A DNA stretch of 61,427 nt, from NCBI GenBank assembly GCA_002328565.1, contig DCUU01000065.1, positions 1-61,427 on the forward strand. Direction: 5' to 3'. The first letter of the stretch is position 1; each line of letters begins with the position of its first letter. This document shows positions 16,104-24,034 of the stretch, one piece after another. The notes under the pieces are model-generated. The model worked only from the letters and a program-made list of their open reading frames with translations, ran no database searches and had not been told where the DNA came from. Source of the stretch: Candidatus Moranbacteria bacterium UBA2206 (GTDB lineage Bacteria; Patescibacteriota; Minisyncoccia; Moranbacterales; UBA2206). The position numbers and the translations under genes were made by a program.

Positions 16104-16234
16104 AAAATTATAATTTTTATAATTTTTAATTTTGTAATTTTTAAATAAATCTTAAATTTTAATGTTTAAAAAATTTAGACATTAGAATATTATTTAAAAA
16201 TTAAAAATTGGAAATTAAAAATTCTAATAAAAAA

Positions 16235-16753
16235 TTATAAATAATTTTTTATTAACTCTATATGCCCCGCCTCCACTTGCATCAGCGCACCGAAAAATTT
16301 TCGAATATTCGGTTCTGTCGCTTCGGTGGTAAATTTTCTATAAAGTTCCACGGCATGATCTTCTAATTTAATTGTCTTTTGAAAATTTTCTAAATTTTCA
16401 TCCGCGCAAGTTTCTGGATTTATTTCCGGCATTGCAATGCCCAAAAGTTTTGTCACGATCACCGCATGTTCCAATTCCACTTTTGCCAAACGCTTATACA
16501 TCGCTTTGATTTTATATTCCGACGCTTTTCCCGCCATACAAAGATACATTGCATTGGCTCGAGTTTCAAGTGCCAATGTTTCCAAAAGATTTTTCTTAGA
16601 AAGCTCAGAGATCTCTTGTTTTTCATTCACAATTGGCCTAGCCTCATCAGCTAGTTTTATAAAATTATTCCTCGCCCCACAAAACGGACAGTCCGTCGGC
16701 TTCTCCTCCCCAATATACGCATCCCCGCAAATTTCACAAATGTATAGTTTCAT
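16235..16753 (-). CDS. rubrerythrin-family protein with N-terminal rubredoxin-like fold
   Basis: N-terminal CEIC...CPFC zinc/iron ribbon followed by a ferritin-like helices region (ELEHA, QVEAGH). Confidence 0.8.
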   Translation of the reverse strand: MKLYICEICGDAYIGEEKPTDCPFCGARNNFIKLADEARPIVNEKQEISELSKKNLLETLALETRANAMYLCMAGKASEYKIKAMYKRLAKVELEHAVIVTKLLGIAMPEINPETCADENLENFQKTIKLEDHAVELYRKFTTEATEPNIRKFFGALMQVEAGHIELIKNYL

Positions 16754-16777
16754 ATAATTTTAAATTAATTTAATCAA

Positions 16778-17896
16778 TTAAGACTGTTCCATAAAATTAG
16801 ATTTTTTATTTTCATTACTAGCTATCTCATCAAAAATTTTTTCAAAATATTCCGGTTTTGTTGTCTGTATAAAATCTTCCGCATCTTGAGAAAAATCCCC
16901 TATCAAATAGTGTTTCATCATTTTTTCATAGTGTTCTTGAGTAAATTTATCTCCATATTTTTTTATTCCCAATCTTTCCATTTCCATATCTAATAACTGC
17001 TTTCTCGCTAATCTCTCCGATGGATTACTCAAATATGCATCTATTCCTTCGCCACCTATCGCTTTATAAGATTCTATCAGCATTGTTCTTGCTTTTTCTG
17101 TTATGTCATAATCGCCCTCAGTGCTCGCATGAAGCATTTCGTGCATTCCGGCCATTTTATCTTTGGGAAGAGTGATTTCACGCTTGAATTGGTTATAATT
17201 ACCCATTGTAACATACTGATAATTTTCATCCCTCAAATCAAGAAGCTCTTTTATCCCATTTATAAATTTTATAATTGCACTGTCGCTTAGATTGTCCTTA
17301 TCAGAAAAAGAAAATTTAACAAAATCCAAATAAACAAGCCTGCGTTTTTGAGTTTTTTCTGCTTTTTCTAAATCTCCATCAAATTCTATTTTTAGTTTAT
17401 TAAGATATTCTTGACTGTCAATATGTTCTTTTAGATCGTCTAGTTCTTTTCTTATTTCTGGCTTATCCTTCAAACTCTCCGCTTGATCAGTCCTAGCTTT
17501 TTCTCTATCGAACTCAGAAGTTTTCTCTATTTTCTGATCGTATTCTTCTTTTGTCATTCCAACAATCAATATCCTCATTTCTTTTGTAGCTTTTTCAAAA
17601 AGATCCTGGGATTTTTTAGAAATATCTTCCAATTTTTTTATAATTCCATTTTTTTCAAGCGCTTCCTTTTTAACATCAGGATTAATTCCAACAGAATCAA
17701 CTGAATCATCCAGCTCTTTTTCTGTTTTTTTTAAACTTAAATCTTTTGTTTCTTTATCCATTTCCGCCACATTTGATTCAACCAATTTTTCTATATCAAT
17801 CTCTATTTTATCTTTTTCTGGATTTTTCTCGCCCTTATTTTTTTCAATTGAATCGGGATTTTCAACTTGATTAAATTTTTCTTCCATTTCATTCAT
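16778..17896 (-). CDS. hypothetical K/E-rich protein with HExxH motif (372 aa)
   Basis: No signal peptide. Coiled-coil-like acidic N-terminal half. MHEMLH at residues 251-256 (17146-17129). Confidence 0.6.
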   Translation of the reverse strand: MNEMEEKFNQVENPDSIEKNKGEKNPEKDKIEIDIEKLVESNVAEMDKETKDLSLKKTEKELDDSVDSVGINPDVKKEALEKNGIIKKLEDISKKSQDLFEKATKEMRILIVGMTKEEYDQKIEKTSEFDREKARTDQAESLKDKPEIRKELDDLKEHIDSQEYLNKLKIEFDGDLEKAEKTQKRRLVYLDFVKFSFSDKDNLSDSAIIKFINGIKELLDLRDENYQYVTMGNYNQFKREITLPKDKMAGMHEMLHASTEGDYDITEKARTMLIESYKAIGGEGIDAYLSNPSERLARKQLLDMEMERLGIKKYGDKFTQEHYEKMMKHYLIGDFSQDAEDFIQTTKPEYFEKIFDEIASNENKKSNFMEQS

Positions 17897-17900
17897 ATGA

Positions 17901-18113
17901 TTATAATTTTTCTTCTAGCTCCTTAATTTTTCTTTCCTCTAAGAGAGAAACAGCTTTTTTAATAACTATACCTTTCTCCTCTTTTAATTTATTAATCTGC
18001 TCCATAAATTCCTGTTTTATCCGATTTATTTTATTGATTTTATTTTTATTTTCCAACTCGAAAAAACCATACAATAAACCTGATTCCAGTTTTTTCTTTA
18101 TTTCTTCATCCAT
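17901..18113 (-). CDS. hypothetical small coiled-coil protein (70 aa)
   Basis: Heptad-like K/E/I/L pattern. Aligns by eye with the 62-aa product of 19571..19759. Confidence 0.5.
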   Translation of the reverse strand: MDEEIKKKLESGLLYGFFELENKNKINKINRIKQEFMEQINKLKEEKGIVIKKAVSLLEERKIKELEEKL

Positions 18114-18181
18114 AAAAAATTTATAAATTTTATAATAATTTCTCCCGCCTCTTTATCTATTTCTTATTTTTTAAAAATTAA

Positions 18182-19528
18182 TTATTTCTGTTTTAATCTA
18201 TTTTCAACATACTTTTCATCTATTTGTTTATTTGCTTTCATCATAGCTTTTAATAGTCGCTTATTTTCATACCATACTCTCGGAACTGTGCGAAAACCTG
18301 TTCCTCCAGCTACGTTAACTGCTTTCGCCGCATATTCTTCAGCCATAATCATTTCGCGCTCAGTTGCTTTATTTTTCAAAACGCGTTCGAATAATTTAGT
18401 TTTAATTTCTTCACGCGTTTTTTTCAAATCAGGATTAGTATTATTTTTTAACACCTTATCAATATTTATAGGTTCAATGCCATACACACTTTCAATTTCT
18501 TCTCTATCCTTAGTCTCATTCGCATCTATTTCTTTATCTAAGGCATCCGCTTTATTATATTGGTCAATAATTTCTTGGACCTGATTAAAATCTATTTCGT
18601 CAATAGGTTTGTAAAGTTCTGTCCATTTTTTGCCAGCCTCAGGAAACACCCCTGGTTGCATCATTAATTCTATTAATTTTTTAGTAATTTTCGAATTAAG
18701 CACCAATTTTCCTTTCTCACTGTCAAGTTCGCCTCGCATAGCCTTTACTTCTCGCATAATATTTTCTGCTTCTTGCCTAACTTCAAATTTCTTACCAAGA
18801 TTTTTTTCTAAATCAGCTTTTGATTTTTCATTAGCACTAAGATCTTTAGCAACTGACTCTTTTTTAGAAATCAAACGATCTTTTTCTTCTTCAATTTCAT
18901 CATATTTTTCTGCTAGCGGTTCCAATTCTTTTTCAAGTCTATCAATTTCTGCCTGATCTTCAGTCGAACCATGCCAAGATGAGTCTTGTTTGTCTAATTT
19001 TTCTTGACCAATCTTAAGTCTTAAACCATCTAACTGTCTACGAATTGGCATAATTTTTTGCACAAGAGTTTCTTTTCCTTCGTCCAATGAATTATATCCT
19101 TTTTCATCTTTCCCAGGTTCTTTATTCTCAACAGGCTCTTCTTGTATTGGCAATTCTTTTTTCTTTGGTTCTTCAATAACATCCTTTTCACTATTTGCTA
19201 TAAAAAATTCCATAGCCTCATTCTGAATTTTTTCAGTTGCTTCTTTGGTAATGGTTTGCTTTTTAGTCTCGATGTCCCCAATTTCTTTTTTAGCAGTTGA
19301 TATTTCTTCTGGACTTTCCACATTAAGTTTTTCTGCTGACATATCAATTTGTTCTGTTCCAGTTTGAATTGTTTTTTCACTTGCTCTTTTCATCTCTCCT
19401 AATTTAGCCTGTAAATCAGCAATTTGCGCTTCAATATTTTCAACTGTCAAAGGCTTTTCAACAATAGTTTCTGGAGTTTTTATTTCTTCTTGTTTCGCGT
19501 CCGCTGGTTTTATTTCTTCTTGGCTCAT
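18182..19528 (-). CDS. hypothetical K/E-rich protein (448 aa)
   Basis: Long acidic coiled-coil-like protein with no TM or signal peptide and no recognisable domain. Confidence 0.6.
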   Translation of the reverse strand: MSQEEIKPADAKQEEIKTPETIVEKPLTVENIEAQIADLQAKLGEMKRASEKTIQTGTEQIDMSAEKLNVESPEEISTAKKEIGDIETKKQTITKEATEKIQNEAMEFFIANSEKDVIEEPKKKELPIQEEPVENKEPGKDEKGYNSLDEGKETLVQKIMPIRRQLDGLRLKIGQEKLDKQDSSWHGSTEDQAEIDRLEKELEPLAEKYDEIEEEKDRLISKKESVAKDLSANEKSKADLEKNLGKKFEVRQEAENIMREVKAMRGELDSEKGKLVLNSKITKKLIELMMQPGVFPEAGKKWTELYKPIDEIDFNQVQEIIDQYNKADALDKEIDANETKDREEIESVYGIEPINIDKVLKNNTNPDLKKTREEIKTKLFERVLKNKATEREMIMAEEYAAKAVNVAGGTGFRTVPRVWYENKRLLKAMMKANKQIDEKYVENRLKQK

Positions 19529-19570
19529 AGTTTTTTTATTAACTTATTTATTAGTAATATTTTTATAAAA

Positions 19571-19759
19571 TTATTTTTCTTTAATAATATTTCTTATTTT
19601 TTCCATCTTTATTTGTTCAAGTTTTATAATGCAATTATCGATAATCTCTCTTTGTTTCTTTTCAAGCTCTTTAATTTCACTAACCGCTTCATTATAAATA
19701 GCTTCTATTTTTTTAGATTTTTCTTTTAAATCATCATCTGAAAATTTGTTATTTGGCAT
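19571..19759 (-). CDS. hypothetical small coiled-coil protein (62 aa)
   Basis: Paralog-like to 17901..18113 (shared pattern KI..I..E....I..L......II...I..LE..K). Confidence 0.5.
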   Translation of the reverse strand: MPNNKFSDDDLKEKSKKIEAIYNEAVSEIKELEKKQREIIDNCIIKLEQIKMEKIRNIIKEK

Positions 19760-19837
19760 ATTATTTTGTTTAATTTTTTTATATTTTTATATTATAGTCA
19801 GCACACCATACTTATTTTGAAATTTTTTCCAGGCTTG

Positions 19838-19866
19838 TTGATATTTGTCCATAATTATTCTATATT
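19838..19866 (+). promoter_or_regulatory. sigma70-type promoter of the tRNA-Thr locus
   Basis: TTGATA (19838-19843), 17-nt spacer, TATATT (19861-19866). Ends 9 nt before the tRNA 5'-half pseudo-copy. Confidence 0.6.
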
Positions 19867-19875
19867 AAGTAAAGT

Positions 19876-19924
19876 GCCATCTTAGCTCAGTTTCCGCCAA
19901 AGGCGGACAGGGTCCGAGCGACGG
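19876..19924 (+). pseudogene. tRNA-Thr 5'-half pseudo-copy interrupted by a GC hairpin
   Basis: 19876-19892 is identical to tRNA nt 1-17 (GCCATCTTAGCTCAGTT). A 23-nt insert (TCCGCC-aaa-GGCGGA...) follows, then GAGCGACGG, identical to tRNA nt 22-30. Confidence 0.7.
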
Positions 19925-19936
19925 CCGATTATACAA

Positions 19937-20009
19937 GCCATCTTAGCTCAGTTGGTAGAGCGACGGTATCGTAAACCGTAGGTCATCAGTTCGATCCTGA
20001 TAGATGGCT
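19937..20009 (+). tRNA. tRNA-Thr (anticodon CGU)
   Basis: Acceptor GCCATCT/AGATGGC, D arm GCTC-AGTTGGTA-GAGC, anticodon arm ACGGT-ATCGTAA-ACCGT, T arm ATCAG-TTCGATC-CTGAT. Confidence 0.92.
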
Positions 20010-20015
20010 CATTTA

Positions 20016-20068
20016 CCCCCTTCTCCCTTTGGGAGAAGGTGCCTCGGTAATCCGAGGCGGATGAGGGG
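20016..20068. repeat. GC-rich double-hairpin module, left inverted repeat of the DUF559 cassette
   Basis: CCTTCTCCC-ttt-GGGAGAAGG, then GCCTCGG-taat-CCGAGGC, then GGATGAGGGG. Confidence 0.8.
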
Positions 20069-20073
20069 AAAAC

Positions 20074-20433
20074 TCACAAAAATTCTTCTATCTTTAAAAA
20101 TACTCCTTCTAAATTATCATTAATTTCATTATTCCAAAATCTTATCACTTCATATCCTCGTCTTTCTAAAAATTCTGTTCTTATTTTATCATATCCCTCC
20201 TGTTTTTCTTCCTTATGCTGAAATCCATCAATTTCTATAATAATTTTCTTTTCAATACATATAAAATCTACCACATATTTTCCTATTTGATATTGTCTTC
20301 TAAATTTCAAATTTCTAAAATTTCTATTTCTTAATTTTGACCAAATAATTATTTCTTGCGGTGTGGAATTTTTTCTTAAACTCCTATTTCTTTCTAGAAT
20401 TTGTTCTGTCAATTTTGTTTTTATTTTTATCAT
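20074..20433 (-). CDS. DUF559 endonuclease-domain protein (Vsr-like fold family)
   Basis: 119 aa: RFWNNEI C-terminus, YVVDFICIEKKIIIEIDG core, RKNSTPQE N-terminus, all typical of DUF559. Confidence 0.85.
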   Translation of the reverse strand: MIKIKTKLTEQILERNRSLRKNSTPQEIIIWSKLRNRNFRNLKFRRQYQIGKYVVDFICIEKKIIIEIDGFQHKEEKQEGYDKIRTEFLERRGYEVIRFWNNEINDNLEGVFLKIEEFL

Positions 20434-20434
20434 T

Positions 20435-20487
20435 ACACTCTCCCTCTCCTGTCCGGAGTACCGGACATCCTCTCCCTAAGGGAGAGG
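20435..20487. repeat. GC-rich double-hairpin module, right inverted repeat of the DUF559 cassette
   Basis: CTCTCCCTCTCC, then GTCCGG-agta-CCGGAC, then CCTCTCCC-taa-GGGAGAGG. Mirror order of 20016..20068. Confidence 0.8.
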
Positions 20488-20505
20488 AGGAATATTATAT
20501 TTTTA

Positions 20506-21417
20506 TTATTCTTCACACAAATTCGCAATCCGAGCAAATTCTTCATTGACTAATCTTTGAATCTCTTCTAGATGAGGTTTATTTTCTTCTTTGAATAGAT
20601 GCTTAAAACGGCCTTGGGTTTTCAAAAATTCCGTCACGGGAGTTATTTTCTTTGGTTCGAAGCTTAATTTATGTTCACCATTCTCAATTTCATATAACGG
20701 CCAAAAATTTGTTTCCGTCGCTAGCTTTCCCACATTCACATATTGTGAAGTTGGAAATTTCCAATTATTAGTACAAGGTGAAAAAACGAGCAAGAAACTT
20801 GGCCCGTCAGTTTCCAGAGCTTTCTTAGCTTTCTTTTTGAGATCAGCTAAATAGGCGACATTAGCCTGAGCCAGATATTGAATTCTGTGAGCATTTACAA
20901 TCTCCATCAAATTCTTGCGCGTCTCAATCTTTCCAAAAGATTCTTTTCCGGTTGGCGTTGTTTCGGTGAAAGCTCCATAGGGTGTAGCCGATGATCTTTG
21001 ATTGCCCGTGTTCATATACCCACCATTGTCATAACAAACATACAGAAAATTATGTCCGCGCTCAAGCGCTCCTGACAAGCTCTGCAGTCCAATGTCATAC
21101 GTTCCACCGTCTCCGCCAAAAGCCACAAATTTAATTTTTTTATTTTTAGAAATCTTGCCTTTCTTTTTCAAAGCTTCGTAGGCTCTCTCCACTCCAGAAA
21201 TCGTGGCCGCCGCATTTTCAAAAGCATTGTGAATATAGGGCGCTTTCCAAGCTGAATATGGATAGAGCGTCGAAGTCACCTCCAAACACCCCGTCGCATT
21301 GGCGATAACCACATCGGTTTTGAGTTCCCCTAAAACTGCCCGCACAATCGCCGGAAACCCACAACCCGCACAAGCGCTGTGTCCCGCCGAATAATATTTT
21401 GTTAATTCTTTGTTCAT
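20506..21417 (-). CDS. porB: pyruvate:ferredoxin (2-oxoacid) oxidoreductase beta subunit
   Basis: TPP-binding subunit: GHSACAGCG and GGDGGTYDIG motifs. Confidence 0.92.
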   Translation of the reverse strand: MNKELTKYYSAGHSACAGCGFPAIVRAVLGELKTDVVIANATGCLEVTSTLYPYSAWKAPYIHNAFENAAATISGVERAYEALKKKGKISKNKKIKFVAFGGDGGTYDIGLQSLSGALERGHNFLYVCYDNGGYMNTGNQRSSATPYGAFTETTPTGKESFGKIETRKNLMEIVNAHRIQYLAQANVAYLADLKKKAKKALETDGPSFLLVFSPCTNNWKFPTSQYVNVGKLATETNFWPLYEIENGEHKLSFEPKKITPVTEFLKTQGRFKHLFKEENKPHLEEIQRLVNEEFARIANLCEE

Positions 21418-21465
21418 GATTTCTTTACTAATTACTAATTATATACAAATATACTAATAAAAAAA

Positions 21466-21753
21466 TTAATTTTTATCTACTAAATCAAATTGTGATAAAT
21501 CTTCAATATTGCAATTATGGACATACAAAGCCTTCCCTTTTTCATCCCAAATAGCATATGGAAATGCGGAATCGCTTAGATAACCAGAAAATACTTTCTT
21601 ATCTTCATAAAGAATTGTTTCTGCTAATGATTTAGGTTTATATAAAGTTATATCTCGTACATTATAATCTCCCTTTGTTTTAAATTTTTCACCTTCCAAC
21701 TCACGTATTGCAAAGTCCTTTTTTTCACTAATTATATTTCTTAGAGTTTCCAT
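21466..21753 (-). CDS. hypothetical protein (95 aa) between porA and porB
   Basis: Clean ORF filling the porA-porB gap. No recognisable domain. Confidence 0.55.
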   Translation of the reverse strand: METLRNIISEKKDFAIRELEGEKFKTKGDYNVRDITLYKPKSLAETILYEDKKVFSGYLSDSAFPYAIWDEKGKALYVHNCNIEDLSQFDLVDKN

Positions 21754-21760
21754 AACAATT

Positions 21761-22903
21761 TTATTTTATATATCCCCCTTCAATTTTACCTGCAAACACA
21801 TCTTCTATTTGTTTTTGGAAAATATCGCGTCCACCGAGGCCATAAACATAGGATTTGGTATTTTTTATTTCTTTGGCTTCGTATAAACTTTTCGTAATTT
21901 CACTATAAAATGGCGGGTAAGTTCCGATTGATTGAGCGCGATCCAGTACAATTATTTCCTTGGCATTTTTTAAGGCCTCGGCAATTTTTTTATGTGGAAA
22001 TGGTCTAAATAATTCTATTTTCAAAATTCCAACTTTTTCTCCCGCTTCTCTAAGTTTATCCACCACCACTTTAGCCGTTCCAGCTGCACTGCCAGTTATG
22101 ATCATTATTTTTTGTGCATCTTCCAATCTATATTCCTCAAAAATAGAATATTTTCTCCCGCTGATTTTTTCAAAATCTTTTGCAATTTTTTCATATTCAG
22201 CTTCCGCTGTCCGCATTGCTTCTTCTTGATCAATTCTAAATTCAAAATAGGAATTTTGTAGTGCTACTGCTCCATAGGTCACAGGATTTTCGGTGTCGAG
22301 TAGTGAGCTAATTGCCTCAAATTCTCCCACGAATTCTTGCACAACTTTTGTTTCCAAAATTTCCAAATTTTCCACGCTGTGAGAAGTATTAAATCCGTCC
22401 ATAATCACCATAATCGGCAGTTTCACTTTTTCCGCTAATTTCATTCCGATTATTGTTTTGTCATAAACTTCCTGACCATTTTCACAAAAAAGTTGAATCC
22501 AGCCGCTGTCACGACAGCCCATCACATCCGAATGATCCCCGTGAATGTTTATCGGTGAAGCCAAAGCTCGCGCGCTCACTAGCATCATAATCGGCAATCT
22601 AAAACCACTGGCGATATAGAGAACTTCATGCATCAAAGCTAAACCTTGCGAACTGGTGGCTGTGGCAGTTCTTGCGCCAGCCGAACTTGCGCCAATTGCT
22701 GCGCTCATGGCTGAGTGTTCTGATTCTACTTTTATCATCTCTGTTTCCACCTCGCCATTGGCCTCAAATCCAGCATAGGTTTCAATAATTGTAGTCTGCG
22801 GAGTAATCGGATAAATCGGCATCACGTCCAAATCAACTTGTTTCAAAGCCTCCGCCGCCGCCGCACCGCCCGTGAGCGCTATACGCTTAGTTTTATGTAG
22901 CAT
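21761..22903 (-). CDS. porA: pyruvate:ferredoxin oxidoreductase alpha subunit
   Basis: Typical PorA N-terminus RIALTGGAAAAEAL. The ORF extends to 22936 through CATGTT word-repeat DNA, so ATG 22903 is preferred. Confidence 0.9.
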   Translation of the reverse strand: MLHKTKRIALTGGAAAAEALKQVDLDVMPIYPITPQTTIIETYAGFEANGEVETEMIKVESEHSAMSAAIGASSAGARTATATSSQGLALMHEVLYIASGFRLPIMMLVSARALASPINIHGDHSDVMGCRDSGWIQLFCENGQEVYDKTIIGMKLAEKVKLPIMVIMDGFNTSHSVENLEILETKVVQEFVGEFEAISSLLDTENPVTYGAVALQNSYFEFRIDQEEAMRTAEAEYEKIAKDFEKISGRKYSIFEEYRLEDAQKIMIITGSAAGTAKVVVDKLREAGEKVGILKIELFRPFPHKKIAEALKNAKEIIVLDRAQSIGTYPPFYSEITKSLYEAKEIKNTKSYVYGLGGRDIFQKQIEDVFAGKIEGGYIK

Positions 22904-22955
22904 GTGTTTTGTATTTAATTTTGTTTCATGTTTCATGTTATATGTTTTATGAAAA

Positions 22956-23219
22956 TTATTTCTTTTTCATAATTATCGCTTTAACTGGGCAAACTTCCGC
23001 GCAAACACCACAGCCCTTGCAATATTCATAATCAACATCTGCTTTATCCCGCTGTCCTTCTTTATATTTTTTCATTTCAATGCAAGCATCCGGACAAAAC
23101 GGCACACAAGTACCACAGCCGATACATTTTTCTTTATCCACTTCCGGATGCATATATCGCCACGCTCCGGTTTTAGGTGATTTTTCTTGATTGTGTTTTA
23201 TAACTGCGCCAAACTCCAT
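22956..23219 (-). CDS. porD: pyruvate:ferredoxin oxidoreductase delta subunit (2x[4Fe-4S])
   Basis: CIGCGTCVPFCP and CKGCGVCAEVCP clusters. ATG 23219 is preferred over the ORF start at 23273. Confidence 0.88.
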   Translation of the reverse strand: MEFGAVIKHNQEKSPKTGAWRYMHPEVDKEKCIGCGTCVPFCPDACIEMKKYKEGQRDKADVDYEYCKGCGVCAEVCPVKAIIMKKK

Positions 23220-23360
23220 AGTCGTAAAATACAAGATGCAAGAAACAATAATCAAACAAAATCCAATTATCAATTTTCAATAATCAAGTTACTTGAATTT
23301 TGATTATTAATTCTTAGAATTTATTTGTATCTTGTACCTTGTATCTTGTTTCTTAATTAT

Positions 23361-23945
23361 TTATATTGTATCATACGCCTTCTCAATCGCTTGTATATTT
23401 TTGTCACAATTTTCTTTGCCTAGTTTTTTCTCAAAAATCCGCCTAAATTCTTCTATCATACTTTCCATTTTTACCACTCCCGAAACTTGCACAAATTTTC
23501 CCAAAATTACGGTATTGGGACGAGGTTGACCAATAATCGAAAGTGAAATTCCGCTCGCATCAATCGGGTGAATTTTTCCTTCAAATTTTCCACCTTTTTG
23601 AATTAGTTTTTCTCGCACTTCGTGTTCGGCCATTTTCGTGTTTATAATCAAAAACTCATCTTTGTCTAAATTGAAAGACACTTCCTGTGAGTCCAGAAGG
23701 GTGTCATCGAGCACTACCACCAAATCCGGATCAACGACCGGTTCATGCGTTCTAATTTCATGCTCAGAAATTCGCAAATATGTCTTAGTCGGCGCGCCGG
23801 ATCGCTCAGGTCCGAAACTTGGAAAAGCTTGAACGAATTTATCCTCGTGAGTTCCCGCTTGCGCCAAAATTTCCGCCGTCGTCTTTGCACCTTGTCCCCC
23901 ACGAGCAAAAAAAATAACTTCAAAAATATCTTTATGATTTTTCAT
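23361..23945 (-). CDS. porG: pyruvate:ferredoxin oxidoreductase gamma subunit
   Basis: FFARGGQGAKTTAEILAQA N-terminus typical of gamma subunits. Confidence 0.9.
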   Translation of the reverse strand: MKNHKDIFEVIFFARGGQGAKTTAEILAQAGTHEDKFVQAFPSFGPERSGAPTKTYLRISEHEIRTHEPVVDPDLVVVLDDTLLDSQEVSFNLDKDEFLIINTKMAEHEVREKLIQKGGKFEGKIHPIDASGISLSIIGQPRPNTVILGKFVQVSGVVKMESMIEEFRRIFEKKLGKENCDKNIQAIEKAYDTI

Positions 23946-24034
23946 AGATTACGAAATACTAAATTAATATGAAATTCGTAAATTTATTATAGCACAAAAA
24001 TAAAATATTGAAAAAGATTATTTTTGTATTTTTT

